From the IMG/VR virus record IMGVR_UViG_3300042485_001768: 64,000 nucleotides of DNA; one strand, given 5' to 3'. Each line of letters opens with the position of its first letter. The first letter of the stretch is position 1. Below, piece after piece: positions 1-9,512 of this stretch. This DNA is from a virus. Lineage: Duplodnaviria; Heunggongvirae; Uroviricota; Caudoviricetes. Both the position numbers and the translations under genes were made by a program. Below the pieces are notes generated by a model that saw only the letters and a program-made list of their open reading frames with translations, ran no database searches and was not told where the DNA came from.

Positions 1-21
1 CATCAACCAATAGGTGTTGGT

Positions 22-732
22 ATGACTGCAAAACAAATGAAAAGAAAAAAACCTATTAATACAGAATTACTTTTAGATATTGATCCTTTGACGGAAAATC
101 AAAAAAGATTATTCTCTTCATACGGTGAAAATAAAAATCTTGTAGCATATGGTGCTGCTGGAACTGGTAAAACTTTTATCACTCTTTATAATGCACTAAG
201 AGATGTACTTGACGAAAGAAACCCTTACGAAAAAATTTATATTGTACGTTCCCTTGTGGCAACTAGGGAGATTGGTTTTCTTCCAGGTGATCATGAGGAT
301 AAGTCCTCTCTTTATCAGATTCCATATAAGAATATGGTAAAGTACATGTTCCAACTTCCAAGTGATACTGAGTTTGAGATGTTATATGGAAATCTAAAAA
401 CACAGGGAACGATAAGTTTTTGGTCAACATCATTTCTTCGCGGAACTACATTAGATAATTCTATTATTATAGTTGATGAATTTCAAAACTTGAATTTTCA
501 TGAACTTGATAGTATAATTACTCGTGTTGGTGAGAATACTAAAATTTGTTTTTGTGGAGATGCGACTCAATCGGATCTTGTAAAAACAAATGAGCGTAAT
601 GGTATTATTGATTTTATGAAAATTTTAAGGGTAATGCCTTCTTTTGATATTATCGAATTTGGTGTAGAAGATATTGTTCGTTCTGGTCTATGTAAAGAAT
701 ACATTATTGCAAAAACTGAACTAGGATTTTAA
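22..732 (+). CDS. phoH: PhoH-like ATPase (phosphate-starvation-inducible protein family)
   Basis: 236 aa with Walker A GAAGTGKTF near the N-terminus and a DEFQN Walker-B-like motif. Size and motif spacing are typical of phage PhoH. Confidence 0.8.
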   Translation: MTAKQMKRKKPINTELLLDIDPLTENQKRLFSSYGENKNLVAYGAAGTGKTFITLYNALRDVLDERNPYEKIYIVRSLVATREIGFLPGDHEDKSSLYQIPYKNMVKYMFQLPSDTEFEMLYGNLKTQGTISFWSTSFLRGTTLDNSIIIVDEFQNLNFHELDSIITRVGENTKICFCGDATQSDLVKTNERNGIIDFMKILRVMPSFDIIEFGVEDIVRSGLCKEYIIAKTELGF

Positions 733-1409
733 TGTTTAAACATATTGATTTGAATCTTCCCACGCTAGAGCGGGAGACTATAGATGGAGTTCGTTATTAT
801 AAAATTCCTGATGGAGAAGAACTTCTAAAATTATTTTCTATTACTTCGGTAACTAGTCATAAAAATCGCCAGTTTTTTGCAAACTGGCGTAAAAAAATTG
901 GTGAAGAAGAGGCGGATAAAATTACACGACAAGCAACAAGTCGTGGTACTGATATGCATACTCTGGTTGAGTATCATTTAAAAAATGAAAAACTTCCAGA
1001 AGTTCAACCTCTGTCAGATTACTTATTTAAAATTGCTAAGCCAGAATTAAATAAGATAAATAATATTCATGCTCTAGAGTCTTCTCTCTATAGTAAAGTA
1101 TTAGGTGTTGCTGGAACAGTAGATTGTATTGCCGAATTTAATGGGGAATTGGCAATAATAGATTTTAAAACTTCAAAAAAACCCAAACCAAGAGAGTGGA
1201 TTGAACATTATTTTGTTCAGTGTGTAGCATACGCATGTATGCTTTATGAGTTAACTGGAATTACGGTTAAAAAACTAGTAATTATTATGTCCTGTGAAAA
1301 TGGAGAATGCATTGTTTATGAAGAATACGACAAAGAAAAATACATCAAACTACTCATACAGTATATTAGAGAGTTTGTTCAATACAAATTGGGAAAATAT
1401 GAAACCTGA
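732..1409 (+). CDS. PD-(D/E)XK-superfamily nuclease-like protein
   Basis: 225 aa. The segment GTVDCIAEF...ELAIIDFKTSKK fits a D...(D/E)xK nuclease core. ATGA overlap with the phoH stop. Confidence 0.4.
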   Translation: MFKHIDLNLPTLERETIDGVRYYKIPDGEELLKLFSITSVTSHKNRQFFANWRKKIGEEEADKITRQATSRGTDMHTLVEYHLKNEKLPEVQPLSDYLFKIAKPELNKINNIHALESSLYSKVLGVAGTVDCIAEFNGELAIIDFKTSKKPKPREWIEHYFVQCVAYACMLYELTGITVKKLVIIMSCENGECIVYEEYDKEKYIKLLIQYIREFVQYKLGKYET

Positions 1410-1689
1410 TAAACAAACAAAAAGTAATTCAGAACAAAGAGAATTTGAAAAGGTATTAGAAAATAAGTTTTTTTGTCCGACTAAATTTGCTCAAGAAATT
1501 GAGTCTTTAGTTCATCTCAATAGTGATATGAATTATATTGATGCTATTATTCATTTTTGCGATAGGAATAATATTGATTTAGAATCTGTCCCTAAACTTA
1601 TATCTAAACCATTAAAAGAAAAAATTAAATATAATGCAATGGAACTTAATTTCTTAAAACGAACTTCCAGAGCTAAATTAATTTTTTGA
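1399..1689 (+). CDS. hypothetical small protein
   Basis: The ORF track gives 1294..1689, but its first third overlaps the previous gene. An in-frame ATG at 1399 (MKPDKQTK...) directly follows the upstream stop and is taken as the likely start. Confidence 0.35.
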   Translation: MKPDKQTKSNSEQREFEKVLENKFFCPTKFAQEIESLVHLNSDMNYIDAIIHFCDRNNIDLESVPKLISKPLKEKIKYNAMELNFLKRTSRAKLIF

Positions 1690-1704
1690 TTTTTAATTTA
1701 TATT

Positions 1705-2295
1705 ATGACACCCTTTGAGGTCTATAAAACATATCTTGCTTTAAAAAATCATTTTACTAATGATAGTTACGATTATCATAAGTATTGTGGTAAAAGTAGG
1801 GCAACTTTACAGTCCTTTTATAAAAGGAAGGATAGGTATTGGTTTGAAAAATTATCTAGACAAAAAAGTGATAAAGAAGTTATAAATTTTTTTGTTGCTA
1901 ATTTTGTTACCTGTGATGATCCCCAATCATTGTGGATTGGAGAAATAATTAGAGAAGGCGAAGATAGATACGTCGATTGGGAAAAAAAGAAGCAATCACT
2001 TTCATATCATTTTAAAGAGCAAGTAAGTAATATATTTAATAAAACTAATCTTGATGAGATGTTTTTTATAGAGGGATCATCTCATCCACAAATATTGAAG
2101 CAGCATTTACAAAATAATATCTCCTTAGAAACTTTTATTATACTTGATAAAATTTTTGGTTTTGTAAAAATATTTGATAAAAAATTAAATGACCCTGTGT
2201 GGAAATTTATATCATCTAGAATAAAAAAATATTCTTCGTTTCTAAATATTGATATATTTAAGTATAAAAAGATTTTAAAGGAGTGTGTATTATGA
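1705..2295 (+). CDS. gp59: gp59-like helicase loading protein
   Basis: 196 aa. VYKTYLALKNHF..YDYHKY, KRKDRYWFEKLS and the C-terminal ISLETFIILD..NDPVWKF..NID blocks align with T4 gp59 sequence recalled from memory. Sits directly upstream of gp32 as in T4-like phages. Confidence 0.8.
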   Translation: MTPFEVYKTYLALKNHFTNDSYDYHKYCGKSRATLQSFYKRKDRYWFEKLSRQKSDKEVINFFVANFVTCDDPQSLWIGEIIREGEDRYVDWEKKKQSLSYHFKEQVSNIFNKTNLDEMFFIEGSSHPQILKQHLQNNISLETFIILDKIFGFVKIFDKKLNDPVWKFISSRIKKYSSFLNIDIFKYKKILKECVL

Positions 2296-2633
2296 GTTTT
2301 TTTGAATCTGATGTAGTTCGTGCAGAGATGGCAGAAATTTCAGAACTACAAGAAGAACTTTATAACAGCGTGTTTAAATTTTACCAAATGGACCATAATG
2401 GTAAAATGGGACATGTAAATTTACTTCAAAGACTTTTAGATAAACAAAAAGTTTTATATACTAGACTGTCTCTGTCTGATGATCCAGAGGCAAAAAAGAT
2501 GAAAGAAAATATTTCCAAATCTGCTGTAATGATGGGATTACCAGCAAATGTCGATATGAATGTGATATTTACCAATATGCAAACTCTAATTGAAAAGATG
2601 AAAGAACAAATTAATAAATTCGAAAGCAAATAG
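2283..2633 (+). CDS. hypothetical protein (116 aa) between gp59 and gp32
   Basis: Long ORF with good coding look and a start overlapping the gp59 end. No recognisable motif. Confidence 0.45.
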   Translation: MCIMSFFESDVVRAEMAEISELQEELYNSVFKFYQMDHNGKMGHVNLLQRLLDKQKVLYTRLSLSDDPEAKKMKENISKSAVMMGLPANVDMNVIFTNMQTLIEKMKEQINKFESK

Positions 2634-2646
2634 ACTTGACACTGAC

Positions 2647-2699
2647 GGGCATCTGCAATATATTGGTTTAGTGCCCACCGCAGATGCCCTAACGGGCAC
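2647..2699 (+). promoter_or_regulatory. H-type RNA pseudoknot in the gp32 5' leader (putative translational operator)
   Basis: Stem 1: GGGCATCTGC (2647-2656) pairs with GCAGATGCCC (2680-2689). Stem 2: GTGCCC (2671-2676), inside loop 1, pairs with GGGCAC (2694-2699) downstream. The gp32 ATG at 2736 lies about 37 nt further on. Confidence 0.55.
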
Positions 2700-2735
2700 C
2701 CAAAGGCCAAATCTAATTAAATCCGAGGTAATCTA

Positions 2736-3701
2736 ATGTCTTTCTCTGATCTTAAAAAGCAATCTTCTCTTGGTTCTCTTACACAAAAACTTGTTAAAGA
2801 GATGGAGAAGATGAATACATCTTCTAATGGTTCTGATGAACGTCTCTGGAAACCAGAGATGGATAAAACTGGTAATGGTTATGCCGTTGTTCGTTTTCTT
2901 CCTGCACCAGAAGGTGAAGATCTTCCGTGGGTAAAAATGTATGCCCATGGATTCCAAGGTCCTGGTGGATGGTATATTGAGAATTCTCTTACTACTATTG
3001 GACAAAAAGATCCAGTCTCCGAATACAACCGAGAACTGTGGAATAGTGGTAACGAAAAGGATAAAGAAACTGTTCGTAAGCAGAAGCGTAAACTGTCTTA
3101 CTACTCCAACATCTATGTGGTGAAGGACCCAGCAAATCCCGCAAATGAGGGTAAAATCTTCCTCTTCAAGTATGGTAAAAAAATCTTTGATAAGATTATG
3201 GCAGCAATGCAACCAGAATTTGAAGACGAAACTCCCATCAATCCTTTTGACTTCTGGCAAGGTGCAAACTTTAAACTGAAGATTCGTAAGGTTGATGGTT
3301 ATTGGAACTATGATAAGTCCGAATTTGATCGCCCTGAACCTCTTCTGGATGATGATGAAGCAATGGAAGCAATTTGGAAGAAAGAGTATTCTCTTAACGA
3401 ATTGATTGCACCTTCACAATTCAAGACTTATGAAGAACTTGAGAAGCGTCTTAAGTATGTCCTGGGACAAAAATCTGCATCACAACGTCCTATTGATGAT
3501 GAAGTTGATGATGAAGACAATTCACGCGGTTCCTATACACCAAACTTTGAGTCTCGTCGTCAAACTTCTGAACTTCCAGAAGATCTTAGTTCCGAATTAA
3601 ATGCACTCGCTTCAAATTCTAAAAGTTCAGCATCTTCTTCGTATGAAGATGAGGAAGAAGATGATGCTATGAGTTACTTCCAAAAATTAGCTGAAAGTTG
3701 A
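2736..3701 (+). CDS. gp32: gp32 single-stranded DNA-binding protein
   Basis: 321 aa. GNGYAVVRFLP, HGF..GGWYIE, SYYSNIYVVKDPANPANEGKIFLFKYGKKIFDKI, TPINPFDFWQGANFKLKI and an acidic C-terminal tail match the T4 gp32 layout. Confidence 0.9.
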   Translation: MSFSDLKKQSSLGSLTQKLVKEMEKMNTSSNGSDERLWKPEMDKTGNGYAVVRFLPAPEGEDLPWVKMYAHGFQGPGGWYIENSLTTIGQKDPVSEYNRELWNSGNEKDKETVRKQKRKLSYYSNIYVVKDPANPANEGKIFLFKYGKKIFDKIMAAMQPEFEDETPINPFDFWQGANFKLKIRKVDGYWNYDKSEFDRPEPLLDDDEAMEAIWKKEYSLNELIAPSQFKTYEELEKRLKYVLGQKSASQRPIDDEVDDEDNSRGSYTPNFESRRQTSELPEDLSSELNALASNSKSSASSSYEDEEEDDAMSYFQKLAES

Positions 3702-6041
3702 TTAATCGTAATATCTAGGATTATCTGCTCTCTTAAGGGTTCTGGACAAATATTGTTCAGAACCTTTTTTGTATGTCATAAGATTTTCAATGTCATCAAA
3801 TACAATACTTATATAATCTGGTTTCAGAACATAAATTGATCTTTTACGTTCTTCGAGTTCAATCTCATATTCATAGTTTGTTACTGGTTTTGATACTCTT
3901 CTTCCTTCAATTTCGACAACTTTTCTTTCTTTTATGTCGTAATATTGTACACCATCTGATATTTTTCTATACCAATTAAATCCATTATATTTCCACAACT
4001 GTCCATTAATTTCAAATACTTCATCTACTTGTGGTTCGTAGATGTTTCCTGGAGGACTAATTGTTACTTGTGGTGCTGTCTCATACCCTCTTCCTGGATT
4101 TGAGAGTATTAAATCAATAATTACTCCATCTTCAACTACAGCTCTTCCAGATGCTTGGATAGGGTCTAACGGTGGTTGTATTGTGATTTGGGGTGGTTCT
4201 CTGTAATTGTATCCTGGATCTGTTATTATTATTTGATTTACTGTTCCATCAGCAAAAAGTGCATAACCTTGAGTTGTTCTTGATGGAATTGGTGGTTGAA
4301 TAGTAATCGTTGGTGGTACAGTGTAACCCCCACCAGGATTAGTTAATACAAATGATCCTATATTTTCTCCATCTAGTGTTACATATCCTCTTGCTTGCAA
4401 ATCAATATTATAACCATATGCTTTTCTTGTAGATGAACCTGAAATAATTAATCTGGTTCTTGCAGAATCTATAAAAACATCTTGTGGATATAAATCTTTA
4501 GATGAAAAATCTAAACTTGTTAAAAGACTTGCAGTTGTAATATCCCACGCAGTCGTTAAAGTAAAAGCATATACTGTGTTTAATCCACCTACAAATAAAT
4601 CTTTACCAGTATCATTGAAGTTAAATCCTAAATTACTAAAATCATTTGTAATTGCGGAAAGATTTAATGAAGATACTTGTATTGGTGATAATGTTGTAAT
4701 GTCCCAAGCAACTGCTAAAGAATATTTTCTAATTGTGTCTGGAGAGTCTCCATCTAAAAGATAAATAAATCTTCCGTTATCTTGAAATCTTACCCCAGCG
4801 GCACCAATTGTTGATATGTTGGATTTATAAGTTACTGATGTTAATAACCAAGGATTTCCTAAAGTATATTGAGCAACTTTAAATCCACTTGATGTCAGTC
4901 CAGAAACATACATCCTTGTACCATCTGGACTGAATTCTACTCCAGTTGCATAAGTAAATGATACTCCAACGGTTAGGTTATATGTGCCAACATAAGATGC
5001 TGATGTGATATCCCAAGGTACTGTTAAAGTATATTGTTCTATTCTGCCTTGTGTATAACCAGATGCTCCATGGGCAGTGTACATTCTGTCTCCATCTGGA
5101 GATATGTACATTCCTTCAAGACCAGTATTAATTGTTTGTGAAGGCATCTCACCCAAGAATATCGCATTACTGATAATATCCTCTGGGTAAGAAAACTCTA
5201 ATGTAGGTAAAAATGTATAACCATCTCCAGAATTTCCTATGGAAACTGAGGTTACTGTTCCTGCTGTACCTATAGTAACATTAAATTCTGGAGGTATAGT
5301 TGGTGGTGGTGGCGTAAATGATACTAATGGTTGATATGTGTAACCTCTACCAGAGTCTACAATTGATACTGAAGCAACTTCTCTTTCACCTAAAACTGTT
5401 GATAATACCGCTGTAGCAATAGCAACTCTTCCTTGTGGTGGAGTCTCAATATAAATTTGTACATTATCGTCATAAGCAGTACCAGCATTAATTAAGTTTA
5501 AATTTACAATGCTAGAATTACTTATTGCTGATGATGCAGTCGCTTGTTCACCAGGTATTGCTGTTGGTAATTCTATATCACTATCTAACTCTAATGTATA
5601 TTCTGGTGCTTTATAAAATCCTTCATCTACAATGGTTCCATTAGGAACAATTGTGATAGAATTGGCAGTTTTATATTCTATTGTCTCGTAATGGTGTATT
5701 CCAGAATAAAGATTTTCATACGAACCATATTTTTCTAGTAGATATTTGTCGAGAGCATATTGTGTTTTTGGCCATTCATCATAGACATTTAATATATTAT
5801 TTGACAATAAAACTACCCAGTCTAATGTAGAATCATCATAAAGATTCTTTGCAACATTATCTGGGCGTTCATCGCCAATAATGTCATACTTTGTAAAGTA
5901 TTTTAAATTACCAAAAATATCGTCTCTTATTTTACCCCTCTTAAATAAATTCTTTACAGTTACATAATCATTAAGATTCCTCTTTCCTGGGAATCTACTT
6001 ACATATTCAAAATTGGGTACGTTTCTAAAATAGAATGCCAT
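3702..6041 (-). CDS. gp53-like baseplate wedge protein with a long C-terminal repeat domain
   Basis: 779 aa. N-terminus (FEYVSRF..DDIFGNLKYF..LDWVVLLSNN..YDEW..YALDKY) resembles T4 gp53. The C-terminal ~500 aa carries about 40-residue repeats of the type YTL(T/G)xPWDITSASY / TTAWDITTASLL. Confidence 0.55.
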   Translation of the reverse strand: MAFYFRNVPNFEYVSRFPGKRNLNDYVTVKNLFKRGKIRDDIFGNLKYFTKYDIIGDERPDNVAKNLYDDSTLDWVVLLSNNILNVYDEWPKTQYALDKYLLEKYGSYENLYSGIHHYETIEYKTANSITIVPNGTIVDEGFYKAPEYTLELDSDIELPTAIPGEQATASSAISNSSIVNLNLINAGTAYDDNVQIYIETPPQGRVAIATAVLSTVLGEREVASVSIVDSGRGYTYQPLVSFTPPPPTIPPEFNVTIGTAGTVTSVSIGNSGDGYTFLPTLEFSYPEDIISNAIFLGEMPSQTINTGLEGMYISPDGDRMYTAHGASGYTQGRIEQYTLTVPWDITSASYVGTYNLTVGVSFTYATGVEFSPDGTRMYVSGLTSSGFKVAQYTLGNPWLLTSVTYKSNISTIGAAGVRFQDNGRFIYLLDGDSPDTIRKYSLAVAWDITTLSPIQVSSLNLSAITNDFSNLGFNFNDTGKDLFVGGLNTVYAFTLTTAWDITTASLLTSLDFSSKDLYPQDVFIDSARTRLIISGSSTRKAYGYNIDLQARGYVTLDGENIGSFVLTNPGGGYTVPPTITIQPPIPSRTTQGYALFADGTVNQIIITDPGYNYREPPQITIQPPLDPIQASGRAVVEDGVIIDLILSNPGRGYETAPQVTISPPGNIYEPQVDEVFEINGQLWKYNGFNWYRKISDGVQYYDIKERKVVEIEGRRVSKPVTNYEYEIELEERKRSIYVLKPDYISIVFDDIENLMTYKKGSEQYLSRTLKRADNPRYYD

Positions 6042-6043
6042 TT

Positions 6044-7474
6044 TTAGTAACCTATTTCGCTAGAAGAATCGTCATAATCTTTTGCGTATATTGGTTCAAG
6101 TTCCATAAATTGTAAACTTAAAGTATACGAAAACATTGAGTGACTTTTATTGTCCCCATCTTCCATGAAATCTTCATTAAATGTCATATAAGAACCATCT
6201 GGAGTGTAGTCAACACTGCACGCTTGTAATGCACATTTCTTTATTTTGTTAATTCCCTTGTGTGGTTTTCCCTGATAGAAATATGAGATTTCATAAACAC
6301 ATGGAGCTTTTAAAAACAAATCTTTTGGAGTAGTTACTACTGCCATAGTTTGTTTAAAAAATCTAATAATTCCTTTTACTTGTTCTGCCTCTTTTATAGA
6401 TCTTGGTGATAATTTAAAATTAAATGTAAAAGGTCTCAGTGTTGGTCCATCAAATAGTAATTCTAAATTTGGATTTACAATTGCACCAGTTAATCTTGCC
6501 GCTAGATTTGTTTGTACTGCTTGTTCTGCTGCATATAATGCCACAAAGTTTTGTATTTGTGATGATACCTCACCGTCTTGGGTAGTTCTTAATGCATTTG
6601 ATAATGCTGCTTTAGCACCTTCCACACCATTGTTTATAGTTCCTAGGGACAAATTTGCCCCTCCCATTTGTAAAGGTGTTATTGTCCCTTCATTCCACTT
6701 AACACCATTTTGGTCTGTAATTGATGGTTGAATTGGAAGTCTTACGGATCCTTTTATTTCTTGCTTTAAATCACGTTCTTTAAAACTAAAGATATCTCCA
6801 CTAGCACCACCAACATCTCTTCCACCATATTTAAATGCTTTGAAAATAATGTAATCTATTGATTGTGTTCCTTCGTTTAATGGATATCTATAATCTGCAT
6901 ATTCACCTCTTTGACCAACACCTTTAAAATCTAAATTTGCTATCCCAGATATATTTACTGAAGTTGCTGTAGTATCTTGACCATTTTGATTATTAACATC
7001 ACCGCCTGTTGGTGGGGTGTCTGCAGGATTTGATGTATCTGGTGGAGTTATAACTCTTTTTTGTTCTTCTTTTGAGCTTATGCCACTATTTTCAAGTGTT
7101 CTTGTTACTTCCGTAGATGTATTTTGGTATAATTTTCCATTTTGGTTTGTTAAGGAACTTGCTTCTGAAGCACTTAAAATTTGCTTTCCGTCAGAAGATT
7201 TTAATAAATCCCAAGATGTTCCATTATTTGTTCTTGCTACTGGAACCCAACTACCATTTCCAGTTACTACTCCAGTTAAATTATTTACTCCTTGCCACTT
7301 ATATAATGTAGTTGTTCCTCCAGTAACTGCAGTTCCTCCAGATTGCTGAGAAACTGCAGTAGATGTCCTATAAAGACCACTAACTCCAGTGGATGATCTA
7401 GCACTTCCACTAGTTTTAGATGAAAATTCTCCACTACAAATTTGACCTTGGGGACATTGAAAGTTTCCTGCCAT
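6044..7474 (-). CDS. baseplate tail-tube junction protein (gp48/gp54-like)
   Basis: 476 aa, adjacent to the gp53-like gene. C-terminal block FTFNFKLSPRS..KAPCVYEISYFYQGK resembles the gp48/gp54/gp19 family. The N-terminal half is Thr/Gly/Ser-rich. Confidence 0.4.
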   Translation of the reverse strand: MAGNFQCPQGQICSGEFSSKTSGSARSSTGVSGLYRTSTAVSQQSGGTAVTGGTTTLYKWQGVNNLTGVVTGNGSWVPVARTNNGTSWDLLKSSDGKQILSASEASSLTNQNGKLYQNTSTEVTRTLENSGISSKEEQKRVITPPDTSNPADTPPTGGDVNNQNGQDTTATSVNISGIANLDFKGVGQRGEYADYRYPLNEGTQSIDYIIFKAFKYGGRDVGGASGDIFSFKERDLKQEIKGSVRLPIQPSITDQNGVKWNEGTITPLQMGGANLSLGTINNGVEGAKAALSNALRTTQDGEVSSQIQNFVALYAAEQAVQTNLAARLTGAIVNPNLELLFDGPTLRPFTFNFKLSPRSIKEAEQVKGIIRFFKQTMAVVTTPKDLFLKAPCVYEISYFYQGKPHKGINKIKKCALQACSVDYTPDGSYMTFNEDFMEDGDNKSHSMFSYTLSLQFMELEPIYAKDYDDSSSEIGY

Positions 7475-7476
7475 TA

Positions 7477-8118
7477 TCAGTTCCCCCTAAAGTCTAAATC
7501 ATTTTTGCCGTATCCTTTATAATTTCTTACTCCTCTTAGCATTTTCTTAAATGTTTTGTTAGTGTCTTTCCAAACATCAGTTACTAAAATGGATTTTTCT
7601 CTACCTTCTTTTATTGATACAAAAGATTCAATTGGTATATTTATGGCAGTCATCCATTCGTCAAATGCTATATCTAATAATAAACCTTTAATTTGATTCA
7701 TATTATATTTAGACACAGAACTATATGGTAAATTTAATCTACCTTCCATTAAATTTTCGGTTATGATTTGTCTCTTAATTGGGTCAATATAATGCAAATT
7801 ACTCCCAGTAAAAGAATTTCCAGAAGTTGAAATTACATATACTAAAGGATTTCTATCAAAGTATTTTAAATTTTTTGATGATGCTTCATACTGAAACATC
7901 ATTAGATGACCAGATTTTGGAATTCTTCTTAGTACATTTTTATCTTTACTTCCTTCTTCTCCATTATCTTGTTGCTCATCTAATATTAATCTTTGTGGAT
8001 CATTTTTATATTTTTCTGATAATCTTTTAAAGGCTCTTCTGTAGAAAATTGATGATCTTCCTTTTCCTTCTAGGTTTACTTCTTCGTTAATTTCCTCAAA
8101 CAGAGTTTTTTTAGACAT
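7477..8118 (-). CDS. hypothetical structural protein (baseplate/head-completion neighbourhood)
   Basis: 213 aa ORF co-oriented between gp4 and the gp48-like gene. No diagnostic motif. Confidence 0.4.
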   Translation of the reverse strand: MSKKTLFEEINEEVNLEGKGRSSIFYRRAFKRLSEKYKNDPQRLILDEQQDNGEEGSKDKNVLRRIPKSGHLMMFQYEASSKNLKYFDRNPLVYVISTSGNSFTGSNLHYIDPIKRQIITENLMEGRLNLPYSSVSKYNMNQIKGLLLDIAFDEWMTAINIPIESFVSIKEGREKSILVTDVWKDTNKTFKKMLRGVRNYKGYGKNDLDFRGN

Positions 8119-8561
8119 TATTTTATACCTAAATCGTCTTCTGTTATAATTTTAAATTCTAAAAGTCTATCTTTACACCACTCTTCTGCAGCCTTCCATT
8201 TGGCTTTATTTACTTCATATAACTGAGATTCATATAAAAAAGATTTTGTTATTCTTGATTTTTTCTTTGGTGGGGCAGTTTGTCTTTTTGGTTTTACTTC
8301 AACTACGTATGTTTTTATAGACCCTCTTTTATCTCTCATCTTTACTATAAAGTCTGGAAAATACTTATGAACTTTTCTATCAATTGGTGATATGTAAGGA
8401 ATAAAAAATTCCTCACTTGCCCACTCTAAAATATTTTCATTTAAGTCGCACCATTGACAAAATTTGCGTTCCCAACTACTTCTACAAATAATATTATTAG
8501 GATTACCTTTATATTTTTGTGGGTTTGATGGTCGGTACTTGCTTTTTATACTTTCGTTCAT
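8118..8561 (-). CDS. gp4: gp4-like head completion protein
   Basis: 147 aa, close to the T4 gp4 size (~150 aa). Motifs RSSWERKF..W, PYISPIDRKVHKYFPDF and EVKPKRQT..PKK are characteristic of the T4-like gp4 family. Confidence 0.55.
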   Translation of the reverse strand: MNESIKSKYRPSNPQKYKGNPNNIICRSSWERKFCQWCDLNENILEWASEEFFIPYISPIDRKVHKYFPDFIVKMRDKRGSIKTYVVEVKPKRQTAPPKKKSRITKSFLYESQLYEVNKAKWKAAEEWCKDRLLEFKIITEDDLGIK

Positions 8562-8601
8562 AAATTAACTACATAGTATATAATAGTAAAAATATTTATA
8601 G

Positions 8602-9465
8602 ATGACTGGTAAAAGTCTTCCACCAATAAATCCTGGAGTATCCATGTCTAGAATAAAAAGCAGGTTATTGCAACCTGCTTTGACTTCTAATTATTCTGTT
8701 ATAATTACTCCTCCAGGTAAAGCATCTTTTCCTAGACAATCTGGAGATAAAGGTTTTGCCTTATCATTTATAGAAACCCAATTAGGTGAACAAATAGATA
8801 ATGAAATATTAGAATTATCCTGCTCTGAAGCATCTCTTCCAGGGTCATCTTTTGCAACTATTGATATTAGTAATGATTATATGGGAATAACACAAAAACA
8901 TGCTTATAGGAGATTATATGATGACAGGGCAGACTTTACTTTTTATGTAACTCAAAATAGTAATTATTATCAAATAAGATTTTTTGAAGCATGGATGAGA
9001 TATATTGCAAATGAACAGTATATTCAAGGAGTATCTGCTAATGATAAATTATCGGGGGCATCAATATCTAGAGTTCAATATCCAGAATTTTATAAATCAG
9101 TTATTCAAATTGCCAAATATGAAAGAGACTATGGAACAGGAAGATCACCGACATCACCAATACTAATTTATAAATTTATAGAGGCATTTCCTATAAGTAT
9201 TAATTCTATTCCAGTATCTTATGAATCTTCTTCTTTATTAAAAGTTACCGTATCTTTTTCTTATACTAGATATGTCATTGATGACTTGACTACAGTTGCA
9301 GAATCGACAGTACCAAGTAGAAATCCAAATTCAATTGGAAATCCAGATGTTCCTTCTGGAACAACAACAGTACAGTTAAATGGACCAAGATCTACGGATA
9401 TACCTAGAAATGTTACTTTACAAGATGGAAGATCTACATTAGCCCAATTGAATGATGGTGTATAA
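8602..9465 (+). CDS. hypothetical structural protein
   Basis: 287 aa ORF transcribed divergently from gp4. Intergenic 8562-8601 is AT-rich and contains TATATAATA. No motif recognised. Confidence 0.4.
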   Translation: MTGKSLPPINPGVSMSRIKSRLLQPALTSNYSVIITPPGKASFPRQSGDKGFALSFIETQLGEQIDNEILELSCSEASLPGSSFATIDISNDYMGITQKHAYRRLYDDRADFTFYVTQNSNYYQIRFFEAWMRYIANEQYIQGVSANDKLSGASISRVQYPEFYKSVIQIAKYERDYGTGRSPTSPILIYKFIEAFPISINSIPVSYESSSLLKVTVSFSYTRYVIDDLTTVAESTVPSRNPNSIGNPDVPSGTTTVQLNGPRSTDIPRNVTLQDGRSTLAQLNDGV

Positions 9466-9512
9466 GTTCTTAAAAGCACAATAAATAAAGTAACTGAATT
9501 TTATAGGAGATT

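Noticed and set aside
2426-3260. Minus-strand ORFs 2426..2710 and 2733..3260 overlapping the gp59-gp32 region
   Set aside because: They overlap the well-supported gp32 and 116-aa plus-strand genes and the leader pseudoknot. Hydrophobic low-complexity translations typical of antisense frames.
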